Assembly (NCBI RefSeq): GCF_006345805.1
Contig: NC_043001.1
Location: 6,572,001-6,636,000 of the forward strand
Reading direction: 5' to 3'
DNA from: Octopus sinensis
Lineage: Eukaryota
DNA: 64,000 nucleotides
The position numbers were made by a program, and so were the translations under genes. Numbering within the stretch: the stretch's first letter is position 1; each line of letters begins with the position of its first letter. The notes under the pieces were generated by a model that was given only the letters and a program-made list of their open reading frames with translations, was not told where the DNA came from and searched no databases. Shown piece by piece: positions 37,194 through 49,984 of this stretch.

Positions 37194-39841
37194 TATATAT
37201 ATAATCCGTTATGGTTAAACAAGCACGCTTATACTACAACTACAACTAAGACAGACTGGAAGACTTGCAGTTGTGAGCATTCCTTGTTTCACGATGACAA
37301 AAATAAATAATAGGAAGAATTTCAGAAATTTCATTGATTAACTGTAAGTTTATGTAAAATAGCTTTATTCGTTAGAAGCGTCCGAAAAATCAAATGCAGG
37401 ATGACTATGCCCAGAATGGTAATAAAAAGAAACGGGTCTCTAAGTGGATATTCAATGGGACACTTACAATATAATATTCTAAATGATTCGATTGCGACAT
37501 ATATCACCAATGGCCCGTGATGTATACATATCCTTGCATGCATGCATACATATACACATATATGCATGAATACATACATGCATACCTACATTTATGGTTG
37601 TGATTCTATCGTCTCCCATTTTCAACGTTTCGTAGCGTCTCTTTTCTCCCTTCCTTCTAATGTTTTAGGATATTCCTCATAGCAGGGCCTTATGTTTATT
37701 TATCGTATAAATTTCGTAAGTCCACATTTCGACTCCTTTGTTTTCCTCGTTATCCCGTGTCAATTTTGAATATTATTTCGTTTGCATATTGTATATTGCA
37801 TATATATTTCATATATGTACGTTCACTTTATCTCATGATTGGTCCCCTGTTGGTGGTTTCCCGGCGGCTTCTCACCGCTGTCGTCACAAACAGGGGTGAT
37901 GTAATCGTAAAGGATGCTTAATTGTTGAGAGCATTTGGTTGATAACCGATGATTTGCTGACCTATGTCTGCTGTCCGTTTGCTTGTGCTTATATATGATA
38001 TATATTATGAGGTTTTTTTACTTACATATTTAATTTAACTAGAAAATATCGACAGTGGCTTTGAAGTTTGGATTTCGTTGCAGACTGTCGGATTTGTTTA
38101 CAAACTGTCAACTGTAAACGTTAAACAAATATGTACCTTATTAAATGTATTAAGTAATCCTTCAGTTTAATGTTAACTGTTGAATCGTTTTATATATTAC
38201 CTAACACATACACTGACATCACAGTATGCATATGTGTGTATGTATAGCTATATCGGTCTATCTATCTAAACACACACACACACACACACATACATATATA
38301 TATATGCATATACTACAGCATGATAACATTAGCAGAGATCATAGAAGACAAAGAGATTTATTATTGAATCCAGTGGATTTCTAATGATCCTTTTGAAGGA
38401 AACTAAAGAAAATGTTTTATTCTTTCGGACTTGGTATATAGGGATTCAATAAACTGAATGAAGAGATTCGTTTAAAGAAAACATCGTGTCTACCTATTCG
38501 ATTGAACCCCTTTCCTTGCTCGTCTCTCTGTAGCATCGGACGCTACAACGCTGATTGACGACGCTTGAAAATTACCTTGAAGATGAGAAAGTAACACCGC
38601 AATAGGAACTCAATAGTTTTAAAAACGTGGCTTGGACTGGCTTTTATAATAATCCCAGCTCGTTAGCACACATATATTCGTATAGTTCTGCTTTCTAAAC
38701 AGAACACTCTGCTCAATAATGTCTCAGAGAGTAACTCGCTGCAATTAATGGGACGTATACCGTCTTCCTTTATTCATCGCGCATTGATATATTTTTCAGT
38801 TGCTGATAGTCTATTCTAACACAAAACGGTTCTTCATACGAGTATTTAGCTTACCAGATAAGGCAGTTTGGATAAATAAAACGATCAATAAGGCCAAGGT
38901 ACCTTGAACGCACGGTTTCCCAACAGGCTAATTAGTTGTGACACATTTAATCTAATTTATTTAATATGGTATTGATAGGATTATCCCAACTTCGTGTGAT
39001 AATTCTCATTACATTGCTCTCTTTTTGTCCGTCGGTGAGGGTATTAGCTAAAGAGCTCTGAAACCATGCAATAAAAATGAATCATTTCTCCCTCAGTAGT
39101 CCCTGGAACACAATCAGATTTATTCATGAGAAAGCTTGACAATGGACGAAATTTTCTCAGCAAAACAACATTAACAAATATGCATCGATCAGCAAATGCC
39201 TGGATGACAGATTGGTTTTGACTTAACAATCTCCATAAATAATATTCCCTAAGAGATGCTGTCGAATGTTCATGAAAGTCCCATTTTGTGCCTAAGTTTA
39301 TGAGCATCATAACAAAATAGCTCGACGAACATTTGGTGCGAATATTTCTAGTGAAATTCTAATGTAGGAGGAATGAAAATTGAGCGAAATCACTGTGTCT
39401 TACACTCTTTTCAATAAAGTGTTCCACCTTTCATAATTAAGTTGTAGTTTCTACTTCAGGTGTAGAACAATAGAAAAGAACTGGAGTATTCTACTGAGTT
39501 TAACGCTTTAAAATTGTCTGGTCTGTAAAATATTATTTAAAAGATGCTGCTGATATGAAGAAAACCTTATTAGGCGTTTAATGGATTGATGTTTGACTGT
39601 GTTTGATGTCACTAATATATTGAAGGAGAAACATTACTATAGCACCAAGTGATCCTTCCTTTACTCCAAACACCTGTGTAAATGACATCAGGTTGGGTGA
39701 AACTGACACAATTTTTACGTCGCAGATGTAGTTTATTCAAAGATGAACCTTCATGCTGATATCCATTAATTGATATATTCAATGTTTTGTGGAATGAAGC
39801 CGATATATTCTTAGTGCATTCATTATATCTCAATGTTTTGT

Positions 39842-40435
39842 TCTCTATGCACAAGGCCCGAAATTTTGTGGTGGGGGAGCCAGTCGATTAGATCGACTCC
39901 AGTACGTAACAGGTAGTTAATTTATCGTCCTCGGAAAGGATGAAAGGTAATTTGAACTCAGAATGTACATACAGACGAAATACCCATTTCTTTACTACCC
40001 ACAAAGGGCTTAACACAGAGAGGACAAACAAGGACAGACAAACGGATTAAGTTGATTTTATCGACCCCAGTGTGTAACTGGTACTTATTTAATCGACCCC
40101 GAAAGGATGAAAGGCAAAGTCGACCTCGGCGGAATTTGAACTCAGAACATAGCGGCAGACGAAATACCGGTAAGCATTTCGCCCGGTATGCTAACGATTT
40201 ATATTTATTTAATGGACACTAGGCGCTAAGCACTTAGGGGAAAAAACAAGGTCAGACAAAGGGGTTAAGTTGATTACATCAACACCAGTGCTTAACTGGT
40301 CCTTAATTTATCGACCCTGAACGGATGAAAGGCAAAGTCGACCTCGGCAGAATTTGAACTCAGAACGTAACGGCAGACCAAATGCCACTAGGCATTTCGC
40401 CTGGCGTGCTAACGATTCTGCCAGCTCACCGCCTT
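39842..40435 (-). mobile_element. Three tandem Meta-like SINE copies
   Basis: Repeated ATCGACCCC..AAAGGATGAAAGG..AATTTGAACTCAGAA blocks at ~39842-39984, 39985-40198 and 40205-40435. Confidence 0.85.
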
Positions 40436-41111
40436 CGTTGTATCTCAATTCTAGATACAAGTAGAAAACAGCCGTGCTTCGATTCTAGTTTTGCATTGTA
40501 TACATAACGTAGTTAAAGTCTATTTGGCCGCAAAATATGCGTTGGAGCCTGCAAGAAAAATTGTGTGTCGTGTGTTTTTAAATTCGAGCGACACATAAAA
40601 ACAGCAAATTTAGACATTGAAATAATCTACGAAGTTACGTACATCATCACTAAGTGAGATTCCATGACCATTCTAACGTTTCTTTTTGCATGAATAATGA
40701 AAGAAACTCGATAAAGCTTATAGCTGAACTGAAAACAGATAACGTGTAAATACGACGCCTAAAAAAATATACAAGAGCCAAGAACTCAATGTAAATCCCC
40801 TGGAGAAAAATATTTGAGTCAAGGAAAAGTTGTTTGCAAACAGAGCTGCCAATGAGCATTCGTATGACAAACGGTTCACTGGTTTGGTCATGTGCCTGTA
40901 ATTGGTTCCAATTTGAGAGGCTGCGATCTCAGATAATACACTAAATAGTATCTCAGATACATACACTAAATAGTACGCATTTCAATATGTCTATCATTGT
41001 AAATAGTTATGTATTAGATTAACGTAAATAGATTAACGTAAATAGATTAACGCAAGTCATTATATACATATTTTGCTTTAAAAAGCAAATAATTCAGATT
41101 TGTATTCCTTT

Positions 41112-41310
41112 CTACTCTAGGTGCAAGGCCTGAAATTTGGGGGAAGAGGGCCAGTGGATTAGATAGACCCCAGTACGCAACGGGTACTTAATTTCTCGAC
41201 TTCGAAATGATGAAAAGTGGAGTCTCCCTCGGCGGAATTTCAACTCAGAACGTAACGGCAGACAAAAACATTTCGACCGGCGTGCTAACAATTCTGTGAG
41301 CTCGCCGCCT
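41112..41310 (-). mobile_element. Meta-like SINE
   Basis: Same family motifs, ending GAGCTCGCCGCC. Confidence 0.75.
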
Positions 41311-42698
41311 TAATGCAGATTTATATTAATAAAAAATAGGCATGAAAATGGTCCTGAATGTTTCAAATAACAAAGCAGGAAGCAACTGAATGTAAAAGTA
41401 TATTATTAATAACTATAAATTAATTATATACTTTAAACCATATACTATAAACATCTACACGTTGCTTTACTGGTTTCCTCAAAATCGAAATCCTACACAT
41501 CTTTGTAGAAATTTTAAAAATCATTTGATACGCAAAAATGCTACAGAAATAGATTGCTTAGATTGCTTTAATGAATTAAAAATAAATGCAGGAAAAGAAA
41601 TTTTTGACAAAGAAGAAAGACATAGACAGAGCGAGAAAGATAGAGATGAAGACAAAAAGACAGGTGGATGGGAATAGAAATGGAAGGGTAGAGGGGAGGG
41701 AGATAAATAGGAAAATATGTCGGTCAATATTTGTAGCAGAACGACTTCGACAATACAAATACAAATACGCGGAAATAAAGAATGGAAAAACATTACAACA
41801 TAAAACAACATTTCTTAGAGTCAACACGTGGGATTACATTTAGAAACAGGGCAATAAATTCTGGCATTAGTTCAACTTAGGAGTCACTCAAGAATCAATA
41901 AATCATAACGAAGTTTTTCTCAGACAACAAACTTTACAATCGGTTAGATTTTTTTTTTCAAATTTGCAAATATATATTTTTTCTTAATTATTCATTAATC
42001 GTCATTTTTTTATAGACGTAATTTTTGCTGTACATTGTTAAATGATTTACATGGCTTCTTAAGCATAACATATTTGTCTGAAGATGTGTATGTGTGTTTG
42101 TGTGTGCCGTCTTTAATTCTATAGAATTTTCATAATATTCTCTTAATGAAGACAGCGAATAAAATCATAAAGAGTTATATGAAAGGTATAGATCAAGGTA
42201 TTAACTAGTTTTACGCTGATAAAAAGCTTTGCAAAATTCTTAGACTAGGAGCTACATTATTCAAAGTTTTATTAAAATCCAGGTATTTTTTATATCATAA
42301 AGTGTCTTGACTATGCAAGACGGAATTGCATTTACATTGTCTGCAGTTGTCATTTTCTTTTATCGTGTTGTTTTTATTCTTGGCATACATGTATGCGTAG
42401 ATACCTCTTAAAAATGACACAAATCAACAGGTACATATTATCGGTTTATGATATAAAATCCCGTCGCTTTACACACAAAACCACTGCCCTTAATGTTTGG
42501 TTTCATGCAGTTTCTATTCGCTCAAAAGATCTCCTGAATAAAATAATATAATTTTCGACAAATTTTTCCAATTCAATAGAATCTTAAATATAGTAAACAA
42601 TACATCAGTAATATTTATTGTGTTATATTTGAACACAGATGCATAGAAGTACTGAGACCTGAACGTGCGCACAGAAATATACATACATGCATACATAC

Positions 42699-42730
<32 letters not shown>

Positions 42731-42731
<1 letters not shown>

Positions 42732-43175
42732 ATTGATCAAAATAAAAATAAAAATAAAAACATGAGGCGAAGGATTCAGCGGTACATATGTTTCGGGCCT
42801 TTATTAGACAGATTCATAACAAATCATAATGTATGTCTGTGGCCTTCTTCAGCCGCGCACAACAGCTTCCACAAGGACATGTGTACTTCCGAAATTCTTG
42901 GTTGGGGATGCAAATCTTCTCGTTCCCGTACGACATAATGCGGCAGAGCATCGAATTGAATCGTCCATCTCTTTCCTCTCTCAATGTAGAGAAGTTTGCA
43001 CCCCCAACCAAGAATTTCGGAAGTAACACATGTCCTTGTGGAAGCTGTTGTGCGCGGTGAGAAGGCCACAGACATACATTATGATTGTTATGAATCTGTC
43101 TAATAAAGGCCCGAAAATATGTACCGCTGAATCCTTCGCCTCATGTTTTTATTTTTATTTTTATTTGATCAATTT
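42731..43175. mobile_element. Long inverted repeat (~185-bp arms, ~70-bp spacer): fold-back element or inverted duplication
   Basis: AATTGATCAAAATAAAAAT...GCAAATCTTCTC vs its reverse complement. The arms differ mostly by 1-bp indels. Confidence 0.75.
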
Positions 43176-43252
43176 TACTCAACCTACACCACAAACGGTA
43201 TACACAGGTGCTTATAATATCAAGTACTCACCCGATTTCTACACTCAACTAT

Positions 43253-43269
43253 TATATATATATATATAT

Positions 43270-43314
<45 letters not shown>

Positions 43315-43336
43315 TATTAGATAATATATATATATA

Positions 43337-43367
<31 letters not shown>

Positions 43368-43455
43368 TATATATATATATATATTATATATATATATATA
43401 TAGATATATATTATTATATATATATATAATATATATATTTATATATATATATATA
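43253..43455. repeat. (TA)n/(TACA)n microsatellite
   Basis: Direct reading. Confidence 0.95.
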
Positions 43456-44096
43456 TGCGCATCGTCTTCCAAGTAAGTTTTATCTTAATAATTCTGATGC
43501 GCACTCTATACGATCTTTCTACACTTTCATTTCTCTCTATTTCTCTCTCTTATTCCTGTACCACCTCTACTCCTACTATTCTATCCTATTACTGTGTCAC
43601 CCTCTCTCCCTCACTCCTCCTCCCTTGCTCACGTGGCTCCCACATGACTATCAGCCACCTTTCTTTCTTCTGCTAACATGTGTTACTTTCTTTCTCTCCG
43701 TTGTAGCTGCTACAAGGACGACGTGTTCTTGTCTGTTTCATGTCCAAGCCTGCTTTATGCGTTCACCACCACAAACTCCTTTAGGCGTAGCAGCCCGTCC
43801 TGTTACTTTTCACTGTTGTCTTTGTGTTACCAATTTTGACCCACCACAAAATTCAATTCCAAATTTCATTTCATTTGCATTGCGGTAGCAACTGTTTTAT
43901 CGAAAGCGTGTATTGTTGCTAAATGCTCGAAATACGAGAGTAGAGAAACAGCCAACAACTGATGAAGGGTCGTTCTTTACGTTGTTTGTCTTATATTCCG
44001 TTTTTGTCTTTCGTTGTTAGAAAAATTGTTCATATTCCATGTACTCGTCCTCCGTATATTTTTCTTGTACACATTTCGTGACGTCCTGTACCAACA

Positions 44097-44197
<101 letters not shown>

Positions 44198-44366
44198 TAG
44201 ATATATAGATAGATATAGATATATACGTATAGATATAAGTATGTACATATACGTATGTATATATGCATATATATAAATGTATAATGTGCGAGGGTGTGTA
44301 TTTTTCTTCCACACATTTCGTGACGTCCTGTGCCAACATGTGCATATATATATGTATGTATATATA

Positions 44367-44406
<40 letters not shown>

Positions 44407-44430
44407 TATACGTATAGATGTAAGTATGTA

Positions 44431-44492
<62 letters not shown>

Positions 44493-44495
44493 TAT

Positions 44496-44664
44496 ACAAT
44501 TCATAAGTAAGGGCAAACGAAAAAATTTCAAATGCCAAATATGCCGAAAAATTGGACATATTGTCCATTAACCATATAATTTTTTTCACAATACGCACGC
44601 TACTCGAAAAAAGGTCGACAGAAATTTCTAAAAAATTCCATTATTGCCCTTACTTATGAATTGT
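44496..44664. mobile_element. MITE-like element with 21-bp TIRs
   Basis: ACAATTCATAAGTAAGGGCAA (44496-44516) and TTGCCCTTACTTATGAATTGT (44644-44664) are perfect inverted repeats. Confidence 0.65.
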
Positions 44665-46659
44665 TTATAAATTTAACCTTTAAAGGTATTTTTTAATATG
44701 CTGGCCATTGATAAAATTTTTTTCGAAAAGAATTGTTTTCGAAAAAAAATTTATCCTACATTAGATATATATTAATATATATATATATATTGTGTGTGTG
44801 CGTGTGTGTGTGTGAAAGTTTCTTCATATATATATTTATATAATTCCAGTGTGTTAACTACAGACCAATCAATAGTTGTATTACTATGTAGAATGAAACC
44901 TCACTTTTAATTCTACATATACGATAAAGGAATATTTTGAGATTTTATCAAAATTTTGTGTTCTATATAATGTTTATATTTTGCCAGTTGATTGTGTTAA
45001 AAGTAAGAAACTATTATGAATAGACTATTTAGTCCAAATTTTATTATCATCTGATTTTAATTAGTATTTAATTTAGCAGAATATCTTAATGGTATCTACA
45101 GCAATATTTCTCCTGGATTAGAAGTTTATTTTAATATCATTCCGGTTAATATTAAGTGAAGCACCTATAATATATAAACTAAAAGACTTTTTTTTCTTGA
45201 TATAATATTTTCTCTGATTTCACTATTTCAATTTTCAGTGAAGTTACTTGATACCATGTGACATAATCTACTTCATTGCCCTTTTGAATAAAACGAAATA
45301 TAACGAGATAATCTGAATGGAAATAAAATTGAATGATTGCGTAAATGTTAGAAAAACATAATTAAAGAAATGTTTTGTTGTATTTAATATTTGACATCGT
45401 ATAAAATTTAATACTTAATACAACTCTTATTTCATTTTTATTGCTCATATTCATTGCATCATTTCAGAAGCTAAAATTGAACAACAAAGTATAACGTAAA
45501 CCATTTTAGCTTGAGTTTCTCGTATGTCAAGCACGTCAGCCTGTCATGATACACAATATCTGTGACATTCTACTTTATTCGAAACATATGGTGTTTAACA
45601 TTTACACAACATTTTGGAAAATAAATATTGCTTTGAATAATTGTGGTATTTTCATTTTGTTTTAAATAGTTTTGTTTTTGAGGACTTTACTTGAATTAAG
45701 TTACTTCATCAAAATATTTTAAATGTTTTGATACGTTAAGTAAAAAAAGTTCAGGTTATATGATGTTTCCGTCTTTACCAATTACTTGACAATTGTTTAA
45801 AACATGGAGGAATATTCATTGAATTAATAAACTGAAAATAAACAAAGTTAAACTTTCAGTCGTAATCTGATGTTCAAAAACATGCACCAACATTTTATAG
45901 AAATCCAAAACATAATTTCATCATGTGATAAATGCAATTTTCCGATAGACTGGAAATATTGGATGTGTTCTTGCACAATTGGCCTCTCCTACAGATAAAC
46001 GCCACTAGTTTATACAAAATGCGACAAAAGTATACATAACACTATTAATAGATGTAAAATTTAGTTTCTGTGCACAGATATTATATTGCACCACTGAAGT
46101 GAGAACGTCGACGTAGTTTATTTGGGAAACAATCTATCGTATATTTTCGTTCTTCTGAGTCATATGCTATTCGCACGATTCCAGATAAAACAAGTTTTTG
46201 TATTTACCGTCCAATTTGACCGGTGGTGCAGTATAACGATTGCTCAATTTTTTCCCTGGGTTTGAAATTCATAATCGTTGGTCTTCCACACTATAGACTA
46301 TTTCAATAGATATATTTAAATCTAAGCAAGCGGTGTCATAACTTACAAACTTTGAAACATCTGAAATGATGGAAGCACATTCGATAACCGAATTCACAGA
46401 ATTTCACGGTAATTGATTTAAAAACCATTATAGATTATTAATTTAATATAAAATTCAGTTTTCGACCTGTACTCCCGTGAATAAAGGAAACCATATTTGT
46501 CATAGTCTTATCTAATCTAGATTAATACTCCTCGTTATTGTCTCCTTATAGCGTCAAACTAAACCGGAAGTGTACGAAATCCAGCACTGTTGAACCAAAC
46601 AGATGCAATCAGGGCAACGGATGAGGTACTGGGAGAAGGCGAAAGACTTCAAGCACTAC

Positions 46660-47665
46660 ATGGCAAAACTGACACGAAATCAGAGGGAGCAATCCATCAG
46701 ACGTATCCGTGCTGGTCAACGTTCATGAGATATTGCTAATTACTTGAACTGCAGTATTCAGACAATTGAACGGCTGAGAGAACGAAACGATGCCACAAGC
46801 AGCACCGATGATCGTCCACGGAATAGCCTACCGAGGGTTACAATGACACGTCAAGATTACCACCAGCACTGCCAGCGCTTGCGGGATCGATTCCAGAGGA
46901 CAACTCAATCAGTTAATCAGACGATGGGGACTCACTACAGACCCATTTGTGCAGAGACAGTTCGCCGCAGGCGGAGGTCTTTCCGTCTGTGTCTTTGACG
47001 TCCGACTTCAGGTCACATCCTCACAGAGTATTATAGAGGGCACGTCTGCAGTGGGCTCAAAAACGCCAGAACTAGCGATATTTGCAGTTGAAGACTGTAG
47101 TCGTTTCTGACGGAAGTTGATATTGCATTTCTGTGGTAGTTGTCTGAGCTAGGTTTGGAAAATAAAAGGTGAAGCCATGCTGGTGGTGAGAGACATCATA
47201 GTATGGAGTGGGATTGCACTTTAACAGACATCATAGTATGGAGTGGAATTGCACTTTAACAGAAACCTTTGCACTTTAACAGAAAAACATCGGACAAATC
47301 CGGGGCAATGGAGTAACCACTGCTCGTCACATCGACCAAGTGTTGAGGTCTAATATTGTGTCATACTTTGCCCGCCATCGGAATCCCGTGTTCCAACACA
47401 GCAATACCCGTGTCCATATTGCCAAGTTGATAACATATTTCCTCCAACAGGCCATGAAACTGCCATGGCCTACAAAAAGTCCGGATTTGTACTCCATAGA
47501 GCACGTGTGATGAAATCTAAAGTAGGCAAATGGTATCTTTTTAAGGCCGAAAACTGCGGTACAACTATTCCCATGGCCTTCATGAATCGTTTGGTGCATT
47601 CAATGTACACATATACAGATGATGCTTGTCGGTAATCAACGCTAACAGTGCTGACACCCTTTTAT
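46660..47665 (+). pseudogene. Tc1/mariner transposase remnant
   Basis: MAKLTRNQREQSIRRIRAG..LNCSIQTIERL..TDDRPRNSLPRVT..QD..LRDRF..ETVRRR (HTH region), IIVWSGI, FQHSNTRVH and LPWPTKSPDLYSIEHV (DNxxxH / WPxxSPDLNPIE-like). Stops and frameshifts present; TIRs not identified. Confidence 0.85.
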
Positions 47666-47674
47666 ATATATACA

Positions 47675-47934
<260 letters not shown>

Positions 47935-48050
47935 GGTAAATGTTTTTTTAATTTTCTCCTGGTTTGCGGAATTGATGTTGTTTTGCGGTTGAAGCTTTGG
48001 CTGTTATTTCTAGTGGGTGAATGGCCTATTATGGCCGTTCCTTGATTTTG

Positions 48051-48090
<40 letters not shown>

Positions 48091-48093
<3 letters not shown>

Positions 48094-48774
48094 ATAAAAA
48101 TGGTAAATAATTTTCTGTGGTTATTCATGTAACCAACAATTATTTCGGTATGTAAATACGACAAATTAATTGTCAGGACCTTTGCTAGCCATCTTATTTT
48201 TTCTTTACTATATACTGAACCTTACAAAGGTCCTGACAATTAATTTTTCGTATTTACATACCGAAATTTACCGGTAAATAATTGTTGGTTACATGAAAAA
48301 CCACAGGAAAATTATTTACCATTTTTATTGCATTACCATGTGGATTCCTCATTCCATTACGATTACCCAGAAAGCGCGCATGGCAGAATTTTGGAGGGAA
48401 AATTTACGTTCCCAGTCGCTACTTAGTTTTAACATCTGCACTCTTCCCCCACTATCTGATGTCGCTGGGTCAGAAGTGAGGGCTGGCGGCATTTGGTAAA
48501 GCTATCGAATATAGCGCCGATGACGGAATTCAAACTAAATTTTTCCTATGTTTGCGATCCAGAAACACGTGTTCGCTATTAACTGTAAGTGACTGATTTC
48601 TTATATTTGCCACTCCGGTTTTGTGTATGTGAGCCGTAAGGGCCTTCGTTTTTGGAATCTCCACTTATATAGAAAATGGAAAAAACGGTCTTTGACTGCC
48701 ATTTCTAATTCCTTCGGTATGAGGCGAAACAGCCTGCTGCTAGCCATCTTATTTTTTCTTTACTATTTTTTCTT

Positions 48775-48780
<6 letters not shown>
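48091..48780 (+). mobile_element. Short repeat unit with inverted 5' duplication, 28-bp direct repeats and an internal hammerhead-like motif
   Basis: 48091-48184 is an inverted copy of 48225-48331. GCTAGCCATCTTATTTTTTCTTTACTAT occurs at 48184-48211 and 48739-48766. Confidence 0.6.
48511..48579 (+). ncRNA. Type I hammerhead-like motif (U4 to C in this copy)
   Basis: AUAGCG CCGAUGA C GGA..CAAAC...GUUUG..UCC A GAAAC-ACGU-GU U CGCUAU: perfect 6-bp stem I, extended stem II, and palindrome AACACGUGUU across stem III. Confidence 0.6.
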
Positions 48781-48820
<40 letters not shown>

Positions 48821-48844
48821 TATATATATATATATTATATATAT

Positions 48845-48881
<37 letters not shown>

Positions 48882-48894
48882 GAATATATATATT

Positions 48895-48957
<63 letters not shown>

Positions 48958-49659
48958 TATATATATTTATACATATATATATTCAGACTATATTCGATGG
49001 CTGCATATTTATGAGTCATCTAAATTGAGACTACGATCATTTTCAAATATATGGTGCAGCGTAGAATCACCCTCACTGGTGACACAATCAAATACCATCA
49101 CAATTTGGGGCTATTTGGTTTTCATAATTCGTGATGCAGAAACTTGAAGAACTAAATCAGCTCCGGCTCAACATGATACTTCAGCTTTTTGAAGAGCTTT
49201 CTTTACCTTCACCATGAGGTGCTCCTTAGTTTTGGTCGTCACATTTCGTCTGTGGAACACTTCTGTAAGTGGCAGCGGAAATCTTTATTTAGGGCCAGTT
49301 TTATGGTGGCAAATCTAAAACGCAATTATGTCGCCAAAACCCCGGATTCCTTGCTCGGATTTTCTATCATGTTGTCCTTCTTCTATTGGAGGAATTTCGG
49401 TGTGTGGATTTCCTTCTGCATTAAATATGGTGAAGCAGAAGAATCCTATATATGCTGTGGCTTCTGTGCCGAAGCGAAATGAATTGTTAAACATTATAAC
49501 ATTTTCCTATATTAGTGGTCAACACTGAATTAAAATATCATGTTTAATACCTGTTCCATCGATGCATCTACATTCCTCAATGTGTTATGAACACTGAGCA
49601 ATTGCTTTAAGCATCCATTGAATGCCTGACGTCAGGTTTGATGTGATCTATAAACCTAG

Positions 49660-49828
49660 ATATTTACAATATTTACATTATTTACATTCGACGAATATTT
49701 GTCCTCATCCTGTTTGTTGTTAATACAACGTTGCTGACACAACGTTTCGGCTGGTATACCCTCCAGCCTTCTTCAGGTGTCTTGGGGACATTTCAAACCT
49801 GGATTCTCCCTTCCAAGGTATTTTTCGA

Positions 49829-49878
<50 letters not shown>

Positions 49879-49965
49879 TTATTATTTTTATTATTATTAT
49901 TATTATCGAACTCGGAATCTTGGGATTAGTAGCACGCGCTGTTAACCACTGCGCCATATGCCCGT
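49660..49965 (-). mobile_element. tRNA-head/(AAT)n/hammerhead repeat, best-preserved copy
   Basis: Minus strand: GGGCATATGGCGCAGTGGTTAACAGCGCGTGCTACTAATCCCAAGATTCCGAGTTCGATA, (AAT)n, AACATCGAAAAATACCTTGG, intact hammerhead, tail. Confidence 0.9.
49736..49781 (-). ncRNA. Intact minimal type I hammerhead-like ribozyme
   Basis: GACAC CUGAAGA A GGCUGG-AGGGUAUA-CCAGCC GAAAC GU U GUGUC: 5-bp Watson-Crick stem I, 6-bp stem II, full core, and palindrome AACGUU in place of stem III. Confidence 0.75.
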
Positions 49966-49984
49966 GGGCAATTATGGAGTGAAT

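Noticed and set aside
41015-41052. 14-bp tandem repeat TAGATTAACGTAAA (x~2.7); similar short duplications at 47190-47285 and 55726-55760
   Set aside because: These are ordinary slippage duplications with no spacers, so not a CRISPR-like array.
42781-42812. CTAATAA-A-GGCCC-GAAACATATGTA as a hammerhead
   Set aside because: Two core G-to-A changes, no real stem II and no stem I pairing. Kept only as a remark.
48715-48745. Helitron-like 3' end (AGGC-GAAACA-GCCT hairpin, then GCTGCTAG)
   Set aside because: The stem is only 4 bp, CTAG is not followed by T and there is no matching 5' end. The direct-repeat/hammerhead interpretation explains more.
49906-49960. Functional tRNA gene
   Set aside because: It has A/B boxes and an anticodon-like loop but no acceptor stem or complete T arm, and it runs into (AAT)n. 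It is a tRNA-derived repeat head.
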